64,000 nt of DNA, taken from positions 32,001-96,000 of the IMG/VR virus record IMGVR_UViG_3300045970_000382; one strand, given 5' to 3'. Both the position numbers and the translations under genes were made by a program. Within the stretch, counting starts at the first letter, position 1, and each line of letters begins with the position of its first letter. Source of the stretch: a virus. Shown in pieces: positions 39,101 to 47,434 of the stretch. The notes under the pieces are model-generated. The model had not been told where the DNA came from. It searched no databases and worked only from the letters and a program-made list of their open reading frames with translations.

Positions 39101-39208
39101 ATTAATCAAAGTGTAAATGGAGTTTATTGGCTTGTATCACCTGATATGATATACAGTGCAGATTATCCTTTTGATAAGAAAGGACTTTATTATATAGGTT
39201 CAGCATGA
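36140..39208 (+). CDS. Large Cys-rich hypothetical (virion) protein
   Basis: 1022-aa ORF; SG..RL.VQ...G and GW..N..G motifs; true start may be the GTG a few codons downstream. Confidence 0.55.
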   Translation: MGCLIVATKILKPTKEATFFAAPFGPYNQFLFNDSGLYVESGALSLQYSGYANINSYFPEQLYTNIETCPITGYLFVNSSRVNSSDGCQEDKVVSVSGTNTAKGVKGFLESIAFGCEKKVDEVECMNPNGNSYTLYRHEIAPKTIIDFPILPIVPSAGGQMAVGQAYLEWRNNWLKSQMTQSYIKGYSFNSSPFALKSEKADICDCDLIDRKYNLKRYVHPQSFSGKTRLFVQSIFGSKEKLMDVEINGITVSVMYHGLAKNTDDTKRKRIASLDKQFTKLHTDDAGNYYLLQVSSSISINALVPSREGRLLQKWLKTKNFDKKKSSVYEAFILSSCSPTKTVNIAGSSLEGVCYQSLGGYGWKSNWRGNEFSIATLDWETPCKAKLFTANVTLTDPVVLYSDEKDRKLASIVEQYEAPEILKKLTKEEREALVPAVVSQYKSIYSLLVTEIPGENPEDPPIKKYCIDGDIHEGEWGWVISNEFNVTPSTKKNLEDELKTKNKQDGGLPYSPTFFKDLADAFIVSESLADSGEFKFPYYADRIFTWDEMYGVFNLELPYDVRDHIGGMAGSGPVYCFYNDKDLLKIVYYQNGAVTPTSTNDNDNSENQCGDAFTRGSTINGGGGGSSSFYIGGIEVLNLAASSYSQSESSSKQSCGGSNLECLEYPPHPGPCNIVYCGTYFWKNFRGSVQGSSFSFSGGQSSKICLVISKYDCETVFMASVTSYSGSHSESQTDGKNCICAQWVSPRRSAAYWQPCFSPLENCTAQGGEAPCCAKEKQYGPKFDQNYGPGQACADIGPTMGVNGAIFIFDVYGFWFNGPNSDAVRAGDNNPDPNRNNFDWSNYSHVDQNAIGWRPSKKGNIPSRGGYCTYRPTTPDCAGEELKFIPQGIQFAYLGSGAAYDSDCNINYSSKSKSMTSSVLKVYAVTRTDETLVLEGTEGYGDLGNMFAGDISAGNAVFTPGCHEWTGEQKFLGRIDPMFPYVESVVTINQSVNGVYWLVSPDMIYSADYPFDKKGLYYIGSA

Positions 39209-39969
39209 AATTACGTCTTTCTTCTGATCCACAAGCTAAACAGATTACTGCTGATGTGGATTCTATCCGAAAGATTTTAAAATCCTGTTTAGTGGATGGG
39301 TATGGTTCTTTTGAAGGTTTAGGTTGGACTCAAGTTTTTGTATCTAATACGGCTGCTGTTTTTAAATCTAAAAATGATGTGGTTTTGATCGTAGAAGAAA
39401 CTCTTGATACCGTAAGTTTTAGAGGTTGTAGTAATGCATCTACTATTTCAGATTATACTTTTTCAGAAAAACATCTTTATAAGTTTTTTCCAACGGTGTA
39501 TCAAAGAGAAAATGGACTTACTCTAAATAAAAGTTCTTTAATAACTAATTGGACATTATTAGGAACGGATAGTTATTTTTATTTCTTTTCTGGTAATTTT
39601 TTATTGTTCTTTGGATCTTTTATGGAAACTAGAACTAATGAATCTGAAATGTTAATATGTTCCTCTTCGTTTGGTACGTTTACAAATACAACAGATGACC
39701 ATATTGTTACTAAAAAGAGTAATAATTTATTTAGTCCAGAATTTGTAGGAAAGATAACAATTTTTGATAAATATAGACAGGGTGAGACTTTTTCTTATGT
39801 AAATATTTATGAAGATCTTTTTTTTGCATTGTTAGGTATTTTACCCGAAGTTTTTGTAGTGGATATACAATCACCTTTTAATGATGGATCTTTTTCTACT
39901 ACTTTTGGTAAAAATATTCTAGTTAAGAATTTTAATGGCAGACCTTTCTTTTTTCAAACAGATGGCTGA
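39205..39969 (+). CDS. Virion adaptor/fibre protein, family A copy 5 (divergent)
   Basis: SSDPQA....ILKSCLVDGYG...LGWT..F; W.L.G...FY; G.LP. Confidence 0.6.
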   Translation: MKLRLSSDPQAKQITADVDSIRKILKSCLVDGYGSFEGLGWTQVFVSNTAAVFKSKNDVVLIVEETLDTVSFRGCSNASTISDYTFSEKHLYKFFPTVYQRENGLTLNKSSLITNWTLLGTDSYFYFFSGNFLLFFGSFMETRTNESEMLICSSSFGTFTNTTDDHIVTKKSNNLFSPEFVGKITIFDKYRQGETFSYVNIYEDLFFALLGILPEVFVVDIQSPFNDGSFSTTFGKNILVKNFNGRPFFFQTDG

Positions 39970-40372
39970 TTTAGGTAATTGCGGATTTACTATTAATTCT
40001 TTTAAAGTTAATATAGTGAGTCCTATTTTTAATTATTTTACCAAGTCTTACGGAGTTAGTAGTACAAATGTCTTAACTCCATTGACGGGTAGTATATCTT
40101 TCTCTACAATGTTACCATTGATAGAAAATATAGAAGTAATAACTAAGTCTATCAAAGGTATAACAAGAAAGGACGAAATTCCAACACCTAAACTAGTTCG
40201 TTTATATGATAGACAATCTGGAATAATGATTCATGAAGTTCTCAGCAACCTTGATGGATCATTTGAATTTAATGGGTTAAGTATTACAAAAGAGTTTTAT
40301 GTAATAGTTTTAGATGATGGTGACAGCATCTATAATGCCTTAATAGAAGATCATTTATTTGCCTTATGTTAA
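39935..40372 (+). CDS. Family B C-terminal-module protein
   Basis: IKG.......P...VRLYDR.SG......S..DGSFEF.GL......YV...D....YNALIED; start probably ATG 39962. Confidence 0.65.
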   Translation: MADLSFFKQMADLGNCGFTINSFKVNIVSPIFNYFTKSYGVSSTNVLTPLTGSISFSTMLPLIENIEVITKSIKGITRKDEIPTPKLVRLYDRQSGIMIHEVLSNLDGSFEFNGLSITKEFYVIVLDDGDSIYNALIEDHLFALC

Positions 40373-40384
40373 ACAGGATAAAAC

Positions 40385-40801
40385 ATGATACCTCAAAATG
40401 AAGAAGATGTAGAATACTTAACAAGGGGAGATAGACGTCCCCAAAGGTATAATTCTCAATCAGGTGGTAGTCCTGATGAACATGGTTGTAATAAAGATTA
40501 TCCTTTTGCAGATATTCTACCTAAAGATGAAGCTTATATAGATTTTTTAAAAAATAAAGAAGTGGTAGGAATAGCTGTTAATGATATTGGTATGAAATGT
40601 TCCAGTGTTATGAATTTTGTTCATAATCTTAAAAATTATTATCCTGAAGAACTTTTAAAAAATAATATAGAAGGATTACAAAATTCTGTCACTAGTCTTA
40701 ATTCTGCTTTAACAGAATTACAAGAATATTTACTTGCCAGAGAAAAACTTGCCAGAGAAGTGCTTAAGTCTGGTAGTACTTGGATAAGACGATCTTTGTA
40801 A
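40385..40801 (+). CDS. Hypothetical protein (C-terminal coiled coil)
   Basis: 138-aa ORF with agga RBS. Confidence 0.55.
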   Translation: MIPQNEEDVEYLTRGDRRPQRYNSQSGGSPDEHGCNKDYPFADILPKDEAYIDFLKNKEVVGIAVNDIGMKCSSVMNFVHNLKNYYPEELLKNNIEGLQNSVTSLNSALTELQEYLLAREKLAREVLKSGSTWIRRSL

Positions 40802-40810
40802 GGAATTAAT

Positions 40811-41227
40811 GTGGCAGCTTGTATATTTGATCTTATAATTGAACAAGGATCTCTTTATGAAGCATTATTTTCTTGGACTGACGACCAAGATGTACCTATT
40901 AATTTGTCAGGTTGGTCTGCTAGGATGCAAATTAGATCTACTGTAGAATCGAATGTTGTTTTAGTAGATTTGTCTACTGAAAATGAAGGTATTTTACTGA
41001 CTTACAATAACCCAGGAACAATCCTCATTCGTCTCACTACTAGACAGACTAATGCTTTTACTTGGGTAACAGGTGTATATGATTTAGAATTATACAGCCC
41101 TCAATTTGAAAGTTATCGGCTTATAAAAGGAAAAGTTAAAATAGATCCTCAGGTAACTAGAGTTCCGCCCATGATTATAGGTGTATTTAATTTTACAACA
41201 GGACCTGTGATTAGTCTCATATCTTGA
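40811..41227 (+). CDS. Ig-like fibre attachment protein (BppU N-terminal-like)
   Basis: I.QG......W......PINLSG..ARMQIR...GVYDLEL...RL..G.V...P.VTR. Confidence 0.65.
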   Translation: MAACIFDLIIEQGSLYEALFSWTDDQDVPINLSGWSARMQIRSTVESNVVLVDLSTENEGILLTYNNPGTILIRLTTRQTNAFTWVTGVYDLELYSPQFESYRLIKGKVKIDPQVTRVPPMIIGVFNFTTGPVISLIS

Positions 41228-41242
41228 TAAAAGAGGTTCTGA

Positions 41243-41635
41243 ATGGCTGTTATCCCAGGTCAACCTGATAAAGTATTAAAAAATTCTAATAGAATAGTTC
41301 TTATAAAAAGAGAAGTAATTAGAAGAGTTGTAACGACACATGAACAAGGCCCTCCTGGTGTATCTGGACTACCTGGATTAAAGGGTTCTGAAGGTGTACA
41401 AGGGCCACAAGGCCCTTTAGGTTTAACTCCTATTCCCAATCAATTAGTATTTTTCATTACTGAGAATACTAGAAATAGATTTACACTTTCATCTGTTCCT
41501 ATAGTTAATTCTGTTTTAGTAGCCATGAATGGAGTATTCCAGCATGGTTGGACTTTAGATGGATTAGATATAGTATTAAACACTCCAGCGGAAAAAGATG
41601 ATTTCATTTTAGTTTTCTGGTTTGAAAGCGTATAG
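41243..41635 (+). CDS. Short collagen-like fibre protein
   Basis: Nine G-X-Y triplets GPP...GLT; C-terminal V.V.MNGV.Q module. Confidence 0.7.
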   Translation: MAVIPGQPDKVLKNSNRIVLIKREVIRRVVTTHEQGPPGVSGLPGLKGSEGVQGPQGPLGLTPIPNQLVFFITENTRNRFTLSSVPIVNSVLVAMNGVFQHGWTLDGLDIVLNTPAEKDDFILVFWFESV

Positions 41636-41672
41636 TAAAGAATTATTTTATTAGATTATCAGGATAAGTACC

Positions 41673-42431
41673 ATGACCGTTTCTACAATTAAAGGCAGTC
41701 AAATTAGACTGGGTGCAATTACCGCTGCACATTTAGCCGCAGATGCGGTGTATATTGCCAATGCATTTAATTATGTGAGTGGTATTGCTGGTGGGGCTAC
41801 AGGTTCAGCAACAGATTTAGCACTACAGAGTGCTGATGGAAAACGTGCTGGATCGTATTATAAAGTCACTACTGCGGGTTACTTTAAGGTATCTGCACCT
41901 GTAGTAGAACCATTAGATCCAGATTTACAAGCCGAGTTTTATGTTAATAATAATGACGGGTTAGTTTGGAATACGGGCGGTACTGTTGATATTATTGATA
42001 ACTCTAATTCCACTTTAACAGGTACAGATCATTTAATTGGCGTATCAGGTTCCACTAACTTAGGTTACACTGTCACTATACATAGTGACTTCACCACTAA
42101 GGTTTCAAATTTAGAATCAGCCGTTGGTACAATAGGTAGTTTAGCGACTACTGCAACAGACTTGGTTGCTGCTATCAATGAAGTCCACGGTGAGTTAGTT
42201 GCCGCTGCTCCAGTATTTGTCCACGAAACACCTGCAGGTGATATTGATGGTGCTAATAAGGCTTATCTTATCACAGATACATCTATTGCTGGAACTGTTC
42301 AAGTTTATTTGAATGGAGTTTTACAAGAATTAACTGCTGACTATGCTTTTGCCACCAAGACCATCACATTCGTAGATGCTCCTGTTGTAGATGATAAAGT
42401 ATCTACCATTTATTACAAATTAGCGGCCTAA
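41673..42431 (+). CDS. Head/neck fibre-like protein (paralog 1)
   Basis: L.TTATDLVAAINE trimer-fibre motif; C-terminal ETP.G..DG.N...VYLNG.LQ...DY module. Confidence 0.6.
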   Translation: MTVSTIKGSQIRLGAITAAHLAADAVYIANAFNYVSGIAGGATGSATDLALQSADGKRAGSYYKVTTAGYFKVSAPVVEPLDPDLQAEFYVNNNDGLVWNTGGTVDIIDNSNSTLTGTDHLIGVSGSTNLGYTVTIHSDFTTKVSNLESAVGTIGSLATTATDLVAAINEVHGELVAAAPVFVHETPAGDIDGANKAYLITDTSIAGTVQVYLNGVLQELTADYAFATKTITFVDAPVVDDKVSTIYYKLAA

Positions 42432-42458
42432 TATTCGTAGATTTAGGGAGATATTATT

Positions 42459-43205
42459 ATGACAATTTCTACAATTCATGGCTCACAGATACGGTTGGGA
42501 GCGATTACTGCCGCCCACTTGGCTGCGAGTGCAAAATATATCAGTAATGCCTTTAATTATGTAGGTACTATTGAAGGTGGTTTAACAGGTTCAGGTACAG
42601 ACCTTTCGTTACAAAGTGCTGACGGAAAAAGACCTGGATCATATTACAAAGTGATTACCGCTGGTTTTTTTAAAGTAGATGCAGGTGCTCAATTTTATGC
42701 CAACATCAATGATGGTCTGGTTTGGAATTTAAGTGGTTCTGTTGATATTATTGATAATACGGGCACTCTTATTTCTGGTGACACTGGTCTTATTGATGTG
42801 TCAGGAACCGTGGATGATGGTTTTACGGTTACGGTTGCAGATGCTTTTACTGGTAGAGTCACTACTCTTGAAACAAATGTTGATACTGTTGCTAATTTAG
42901 ATACCGATTCTAAAAACTTGGTGGGAGCTATTAATGAGCTTCATGCTGCTATAGTACCTCCAGCTCCAGTTTATGTACGGCAACAGCCCACTACAGGTGC
43001 TATTAATAGCACTAATTTAGATTATACGTTAGAATTTGCTCCTATAGCTGGAACTTTGTTAGCGTATTTGAATGGAATTTTACAGGCACTGACTGATGAT
43101 TATACTTATGCTGCACCTAACGATGTACCTACTGTATCTTTTGTAGAAGGTGGAGCACCTAAAACAGATAGTGTGTTGACGTTCCTTTATTTTAAATTAG
43201 GTTAA
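42459..43205 (+). CDS. Head/neck fibre-like protein (paralog 2)
   Basis: Colinear paralog of 41673 (STI.GSQIRLGAITAAHLAA). Confidence 0.6.
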   Translation: MTISTIHGSQIRLGAITAAHLAASAKYISNAFNYVGTIEGGLTGSGTDLSLQSADGKRPGSYYKVITAGFFKVDAGAQFYANINDGLVWNLSGSVDIIDNTGTLISGDTGLIDVSGTVDDGFTVTVADAFTGRVTTLETNVDTVANLDTDSKNLVGAINELHAAIVPPAPVYVRQQPTTGAINSTNLDYTLEFAPIAGTLLAYLNGILQALTDDYTYAAPNDVPTVSFVEGGAPKTDSVLTFLYFKLG

Positions 43206-43212
43206 GCTATTG

Positions 43213-43243
43213 TGGTGGTGAGGGATAAGTCTTGCCACTATTT
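43213..43243 (+). terminator. Hairpin, possible terminator/stabiliser
   Basis: tggtggtgag 43213-43222 pairs cttgccacta 43231-43240, then ttt. Confidence 0.4.
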
Positions 43244-43254
43244 AAGGAGCTATC

Positions 43255-43521
43255 ATGGCTAGAACACAAATTCGCGGTACTCAGATATTAGATAAGACTA
43301 TTGAACCGATAGATTTGTCTGTTGATTACGCTTTAGCTAATAATGTTTCTTATCAATTTTTGCCTGTTCTTAAACACGACTCTTTTATAGCTAAAGTCCC
43401 ACCACCCCAATTCTTAGCAATTTTTACTCGTAGTCAAACTTACACCCAGTTAGTCATTTATTTGGGACTCTTACCCGTGGTTACTAGAGCGGGTTCTACT
43501 GTGCAGGTGCAATTATCATGA
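43255..43521 (+). CDS. Small fibre-associated protein
   Basis: N-terminal TQIRGTQI matches the STI.GSQI of the two upstream paralogs. Confidence 0.55.
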   Translation: MARTQIRGTQILDKTIEPIDLSVDYALANNVSYQFLPVLKHDSFIAKVPPPQFLAIFTRSQTYTQLVIYLGLLPVVTRAGSTVQVQLS

Positions 43522-43754
43522 CCCAACGTTATCCCTTAGTTTTGAACGGTGTGCAGATTCAGGAAATACAGGCGGGTGAATTTTTAGCTGTGCCAGAGTT
43601 GTTTGCAGACAATGGTGTGGTTTGCAATAAACAAACTATAGATACCAGCATCACATTCCCAGAAGCCACCAATGTTATTTCAGTGGGAACACTAACCATA
43701 AGCCCAGGTGTCACTGTCACTCTGGGTGCAGGCCAGAAATGGTCTATCATTTAA
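43518..43754 (+). CDS. Small fibre-associated protein
   Basis: N...I....T.P...N..S.G.LTI..GVTVT...G..W.I motif common in phage fibre modules. Confidence 0.55.
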   Translation: MTQRYPLVLNGVQIQEIQAGEFLAVPELFADNGVVCNKQTIDTSITFPEATNVISVGTLTISPGVTVTLGAGQKWSII

Positions 43755-43767
43755 AGGCAGGTTTAAT

Positions 43768-44421
43768 ATGACCACTGTAGTAAAAACTAATAGTTCAGGA
43801 TATTCGGTCACACCAGGTGTGGATAATATCTTTGAATTTAAAACCAATGATATACTAGCTCTCACAATCAATGCTTCTCAAGTCGTTTCCTTAGTAAATC
43901 CATTACCTGTAAATTCGGGAGGTATTGGTTTTGCTGCTCCAGGTATGGTTGGTAACATTTTAAGAAGCAATGGCACTATCTGGGAATCAGTAGCACCTAC
44001 ACCTACTATTACCGATGACACTACCACCAATGTTCTTCAATATTTGGGTATGTCCAGAGCCACGTCAGGGGCTTGGATCACTGATTATATTTGTACCTCT
44101 AAGTTGAATTTTAATCCGTTTACTGGTGTATTAACTTCCTTTTTATTCAATGCTTCTTCTGACGTGACTCTGAAAGAAAATATTACACCTATTGTAAACG
44201 GTTTGTCTACTATAGAAAGTCTTAATGGTGTTAGTTTCAATTGGAAAGATAGTCAGTTACCATCCATAGGTTTAATTGCTCAGGAAGTTGAAAAGGTTTG
44301 TCCCATATTGGTATCGGAAGAAGATGGTTTAAAGTCTTTGAACTACAATGGCATCATTGGCTTGTTAGTAGAAGCGGTTAAGGAATTGTCGGCACGGGTT
44401 AAAGAATTGGAGAACGGATAA
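43768..44421 (+). CDS. Short tail fibre with peptidase S74 intramolecular chaperone
   Basis: SD..LKENI..I...L..I..L.GV.F.W......GLIAQEVE...P.LV......NY.G....L.EA.KEL; ATG 43768 preferred over track start 43708. Confidence 0.85.
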   Translation: MTTVVKTNSSGYSVTPGVDNIFEFKTNDILALTINASQVVSLVNPLPVNSGGIGFAAPGMVGNILRSNGTIWESVAPTPTITDDTTTNVLQYLGMSRATSGAWITDYICTSKLNFNPFTGVLTSFLFNASSDVTLKENITPIVNGLSTIESLNGVSFNWKDSQLPSIGLIAQEVEKVCPILVSEEDGLKSLNYNGIIGLLVEAVKELSARVKELENG

Positions 44422-45581
44422 TGGCCTCTAACTATACTGAAGATGACCCTGTTTTTGGCACTGTAGACTTGGATGACGAGTATATAACTGATGCTTGGTT
44501 GGTTGACAGATATGTGGGTAATACATTATGGTCTTTTGGATATAATAATAATGGACAATTAGGTAACGGTACAATTATTGATTATTCTAGCCCTATTCAG
44601 ATAGGTTCACTAACTAACTGGAAACAAGTTGCTTGTGAATATAGACATACTTTAGCTATTAAAACTGACGGCACTTTATGGGCTTGTGGATATAATGATT
44701 ATGGGCAATTAGGTAACGGTACAGCTATTTATTATTCTAGTCCTATTCAAGTAGGTAGCTTAACTAATTGGAAACAAGTTGCTGGTGGATATAAAAATAC
44801 TTTAGCTATTAAAACAGATAATACATTATGGGCTTGTGGATATAATTATTATGGACAATTAGGCAACGATACAACTATTGCTTATTCAAGTCCAATCCAA
44901 ATTGGTAGTCTGACTAACTGGAAACAAGTTGCTTGTGGGCGCTATCACACTGTAGCCATTAAGACAGACGGCACTTTATGGAGTTGTGGATATAATTATT
45001 ATGCTCAATTAGGTAATGGTACAGTTATTAAATATTCTAGTCCTATCCAAATTGGTTCATTGACTGATTGGAAACAAGTAGTTAGTGAGCAATACTCTAC
45101 ATTAGCTATTAAGACAAATGGAACTTTATGGGCTTTTGGATATAATGGTAATGGACAATTAGGCAATGGTACAACCATTAATTACTCTAGTCCTATTCAA
45201 ATTGGTTCATTGACTAATTGGAAACAAGTTGCTGGTGGATATTTTTTTACTGTAGCCATTAAGACAGATGGAACTTTATGGGGGTTTGGTACTAATTCTT
45301 ATGGACAATTAGGCAATAATACACGTATTCATTATTCCAGCCCCATTCAAGTAGGTAGCTTAACTGACTGGAAACAAGTTGCTTGTGGAAATAGTACTTT
45401 AGCTATTAAAACTGACGGCACTTTATGGGCTTTTGGATATAATGATTATGGACAGTTAGGTAATAGCACATCTATTAATTATTCCAGCCCTATCCAAATA
45501 AGCAGCCTGACTAATTGGAAACAAGTTGCTTGTGGAGATAAACATACTGTAGCAGTCACATTTAAAGATATAGGAGATTAA
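44421..45581 (+). CDS. RCC1-repeat 7-bladed beta-propeller protein 1
   Basis: Seven 50-aa LW..G.N..GQLG...SSPIQ.G.LT.WKQV.....T.AIKTDGT repeats. Confidence 0.9.
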   Translation: MASNYTEDDPVFGTVDLDDEYITDAWLVDRYVGNTLWSFGYNNNGQLGNGTIIDYSSPIQIGSLTNWKQVACEYRHTLAIKTDGTLWACGYNDYGQLGNGTAIYYSSPIQVGSLTNWKQVAGGYKNTLAIKTDNTLWACGYNYYGQLGNDTTIAYSSPIQIGSLTNWKQVACGRYHTVAIKTDGTLWSCGYNYYAQLGNGTVIKYSSPIQIGSLTDWKQVVSEQYSTLAIKTNGTLWAFGYNGNGQLGNGTTINYSSPIQIGSLTNWKQVAGGYFFTVAIKTDGTLWGFGTNSYGQLGNNTRIHYSSPIQVGSLTDWKQVACGNSTLAIKTDGTLWAFGYNDYGQLGNSTSINYSSPIQISSLTNWKQVACGDKHTVAVTFKDIGD

Positions 45582-45583
45582 AA

Positions 45584-46240
45584 ATGCAATATTTACTGAC
45601 CGAAAACAAATCTGTACTGCTAGGCCCGATTGATTGGAAACCAAGATTCATACAATCAGAGCTAGATGATTTAGAGGTAGACTTTAAAATACCTATCGCA
45701 GAACCAGGTTATTTGGCTATTAATGAAACCTTGGAAATTATTCCGGTAATCACGTCTTATAAGCCAGCCGTGGATTTCAATTTTGAACATTTGGCAGGGC
45801 CATTCTATACCTTCACCAACAATGGGGCACATGAAGTCTATAGCTCCTATCGTTTGTCGTTAGACATTATCAAGGAGAATTTACATGCCATTGCTGCAAT
45901 GGCAAGGTTCAGAAAGGAAGAACTGGGTACTAAAACCACTATCCAGAACTTGGAAGTGACTGTAGACACCACCCGAAGTAGCAGAAACATCTTCGTACAA
46001 AAATACTTATTGATGAGTGAGTCTGATACTGTGTTGTTAAAGTTTGCTGAAGGTTGGTTTACGGTGACTAAAGCAGAATTAGGTCAAGTTGTGCAAGCGG
46101 GTAATAATTATATCCAAGCTCAATTCGATGCTGAAAAGGTTAAGTTGGGTGAGATAGATGCTCATGACACTTTTGAAGGTCTGCAAGCTGTAGTTATTAT
46201 ACCACTACCTGAAGTACCAGAAGCTCCTTTAGGAGGCTGA
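45584..46240 (+). CDS. DUF4376-like fibre-associated protein
   Basis: R..KE..G......VDT.R.SR...K...GW......EL........Y.QAQFD.E. Confidence 0.6.
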   Translation: MQYLLTENKSVLLGPIDWKPRFIQSELDDLEVDFKIPIAEPGYLAINETLEIIPVITSYKPAVDFNFEHLAGPFYTFTNNGAHEVYSSYRLSLDIIKENLHAIAAMARFRKEELGTKTTIQNLEVTVDTTRSSRNIFVQKYLLMSESDTVLLKFAEGWFTVTKAELGQVVQAGNNYIQAQFDAEKVKLGEIDAHDTFEGLQAVVIIPLPEVPEAPLGG

Positions 46241-46241
46241 T

Positions 46242-47423
46242 ATGCTGACCGGATTTAAGACTATAGACCCTAATACAGGTAATGCTAATGATTTGGGTGA
46301 ACGGTATCTGACTAAAGACTATATGCTCGATGCTTATCCTAACTTGATTCCAGGTATGAACCCTAGTGGGTTGTGGAGTTTTGGATATAATGGTTTTGGG
46401 CAATTAGGTAACGATACACGTATTAATTATTCTTCTCCTATTCAAGTAGGTAGTCTGACTAACTGGAAACAAGTTACTTGTGGGCGTTACCATAGTGCAG
46501 CTATTAAAACAGACGGCACTTTATGGGCTTTTGGCGATAATTATAGTGGACAATTAGGTAACGGTACAACCATTAAATATTCCAGCCCTATTCAAATTGG
46601 TAGTCTGACTAATTGGAAACAAGTTGCTACTGGTTTTTATCATACTGTAGCCATTAAAACTGATGGAACTTTATGGGCTTATGGAAATAGTGGTTATGGA
46701 CAATTAGGCAACGGTACAACTAACAGTTATTCCAGTCCTATTCAAATTGGTAGCTTAACCAACTGGAAACAAGTTGCTTGTGGGTATAGATATTCTTTAG
46801 CTATTAAAACTGATGGCACTTTATGGGCTTTTGGCGATAATTATAGTGGACAATTAGGTAATGGTACAACCATTAAATATTCCAGCCCTATTCAAGTAGG
46901 TAGTTTAACTAATTGGAAACAAGTTGCTACTGGTTTTTATCATAGTGCAGCTATTAAAACAGATGGGACTTTATGGGGTTGTGGATATAATGGTTTTGGT
47001 CAATTAGGCAATGGTACAACTGACAGTTATTCCAGTCCAATTCAAATTGGTAGTTTGACTAATTGGAAACAAGTTGCTACTGGTTTTTATCATATTGTAG
47101 CCATTAAAACTGATGGGACTTTATGGAGTTTTGGTAAGAATTGGCAAGGACAATTAGGAAATAGTACAATTGACAATTATTCCAGTCCCATTCAAATTAG
47201 TAGCTTAACTAATTGGAAACAAGTTGCTTGTGGAATTGATAATACTGTAGCCATTAAAACAGATGGGACTTTATGGGGTTGTGGATATAATGGTTTTGGT
47301 CAATTAGGCAATGGTACAACTGACAGTTATTCCAGTCCCATTCAAATAGGAAACTTAACTAACTGGAAATTTATATATGCTGGTCGGAATAATAATTTTG
47401 TTATTTCAGCTTTATATTTATAG
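46242..47423 (+). CDS. RCC1-repeat 7-bladed beta-propeller protein 2
   Basis: Seven 50-aa repeats. Confidence 0.9.
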   Translation: MLTGFKTIDPNTGNANDLGERYLTKDYMLDAYPNLIPGMNPSGLWSFGYNGFGQLGNDTRINYSSPIQVGSLTNWKQVTCGRYHSAAIKTDGTLWAFGDNYSGQLGNGTTIKYSSPIQIGSLTNWKQVATGFYHTVAIKTDGTLWAYGNSGYGQLGNGTTNSYSSPIQIGSLTNWKQVACGYRYSLAIKTDGTLWAFGDNYSGQLGNGTTIKYSSPIQVGSLTNWKQVATGFYHSAAIKTDGTLWGCGYNGFGQLGNGTTDSYSSPIQIGSLTNWKQVATGFYHIVAIKTDGTLWSFGKNWQGQLGNSTIDNYSSPIQISSLTNWKQVACGIDNTVAIKTDGTLWGCGYNGFGQLGNGTTDSYSSPIQIGNLTNWKFIYAGRNNNFVISALYL

Positions 47424-47434
47424 GTAGGTGAATT

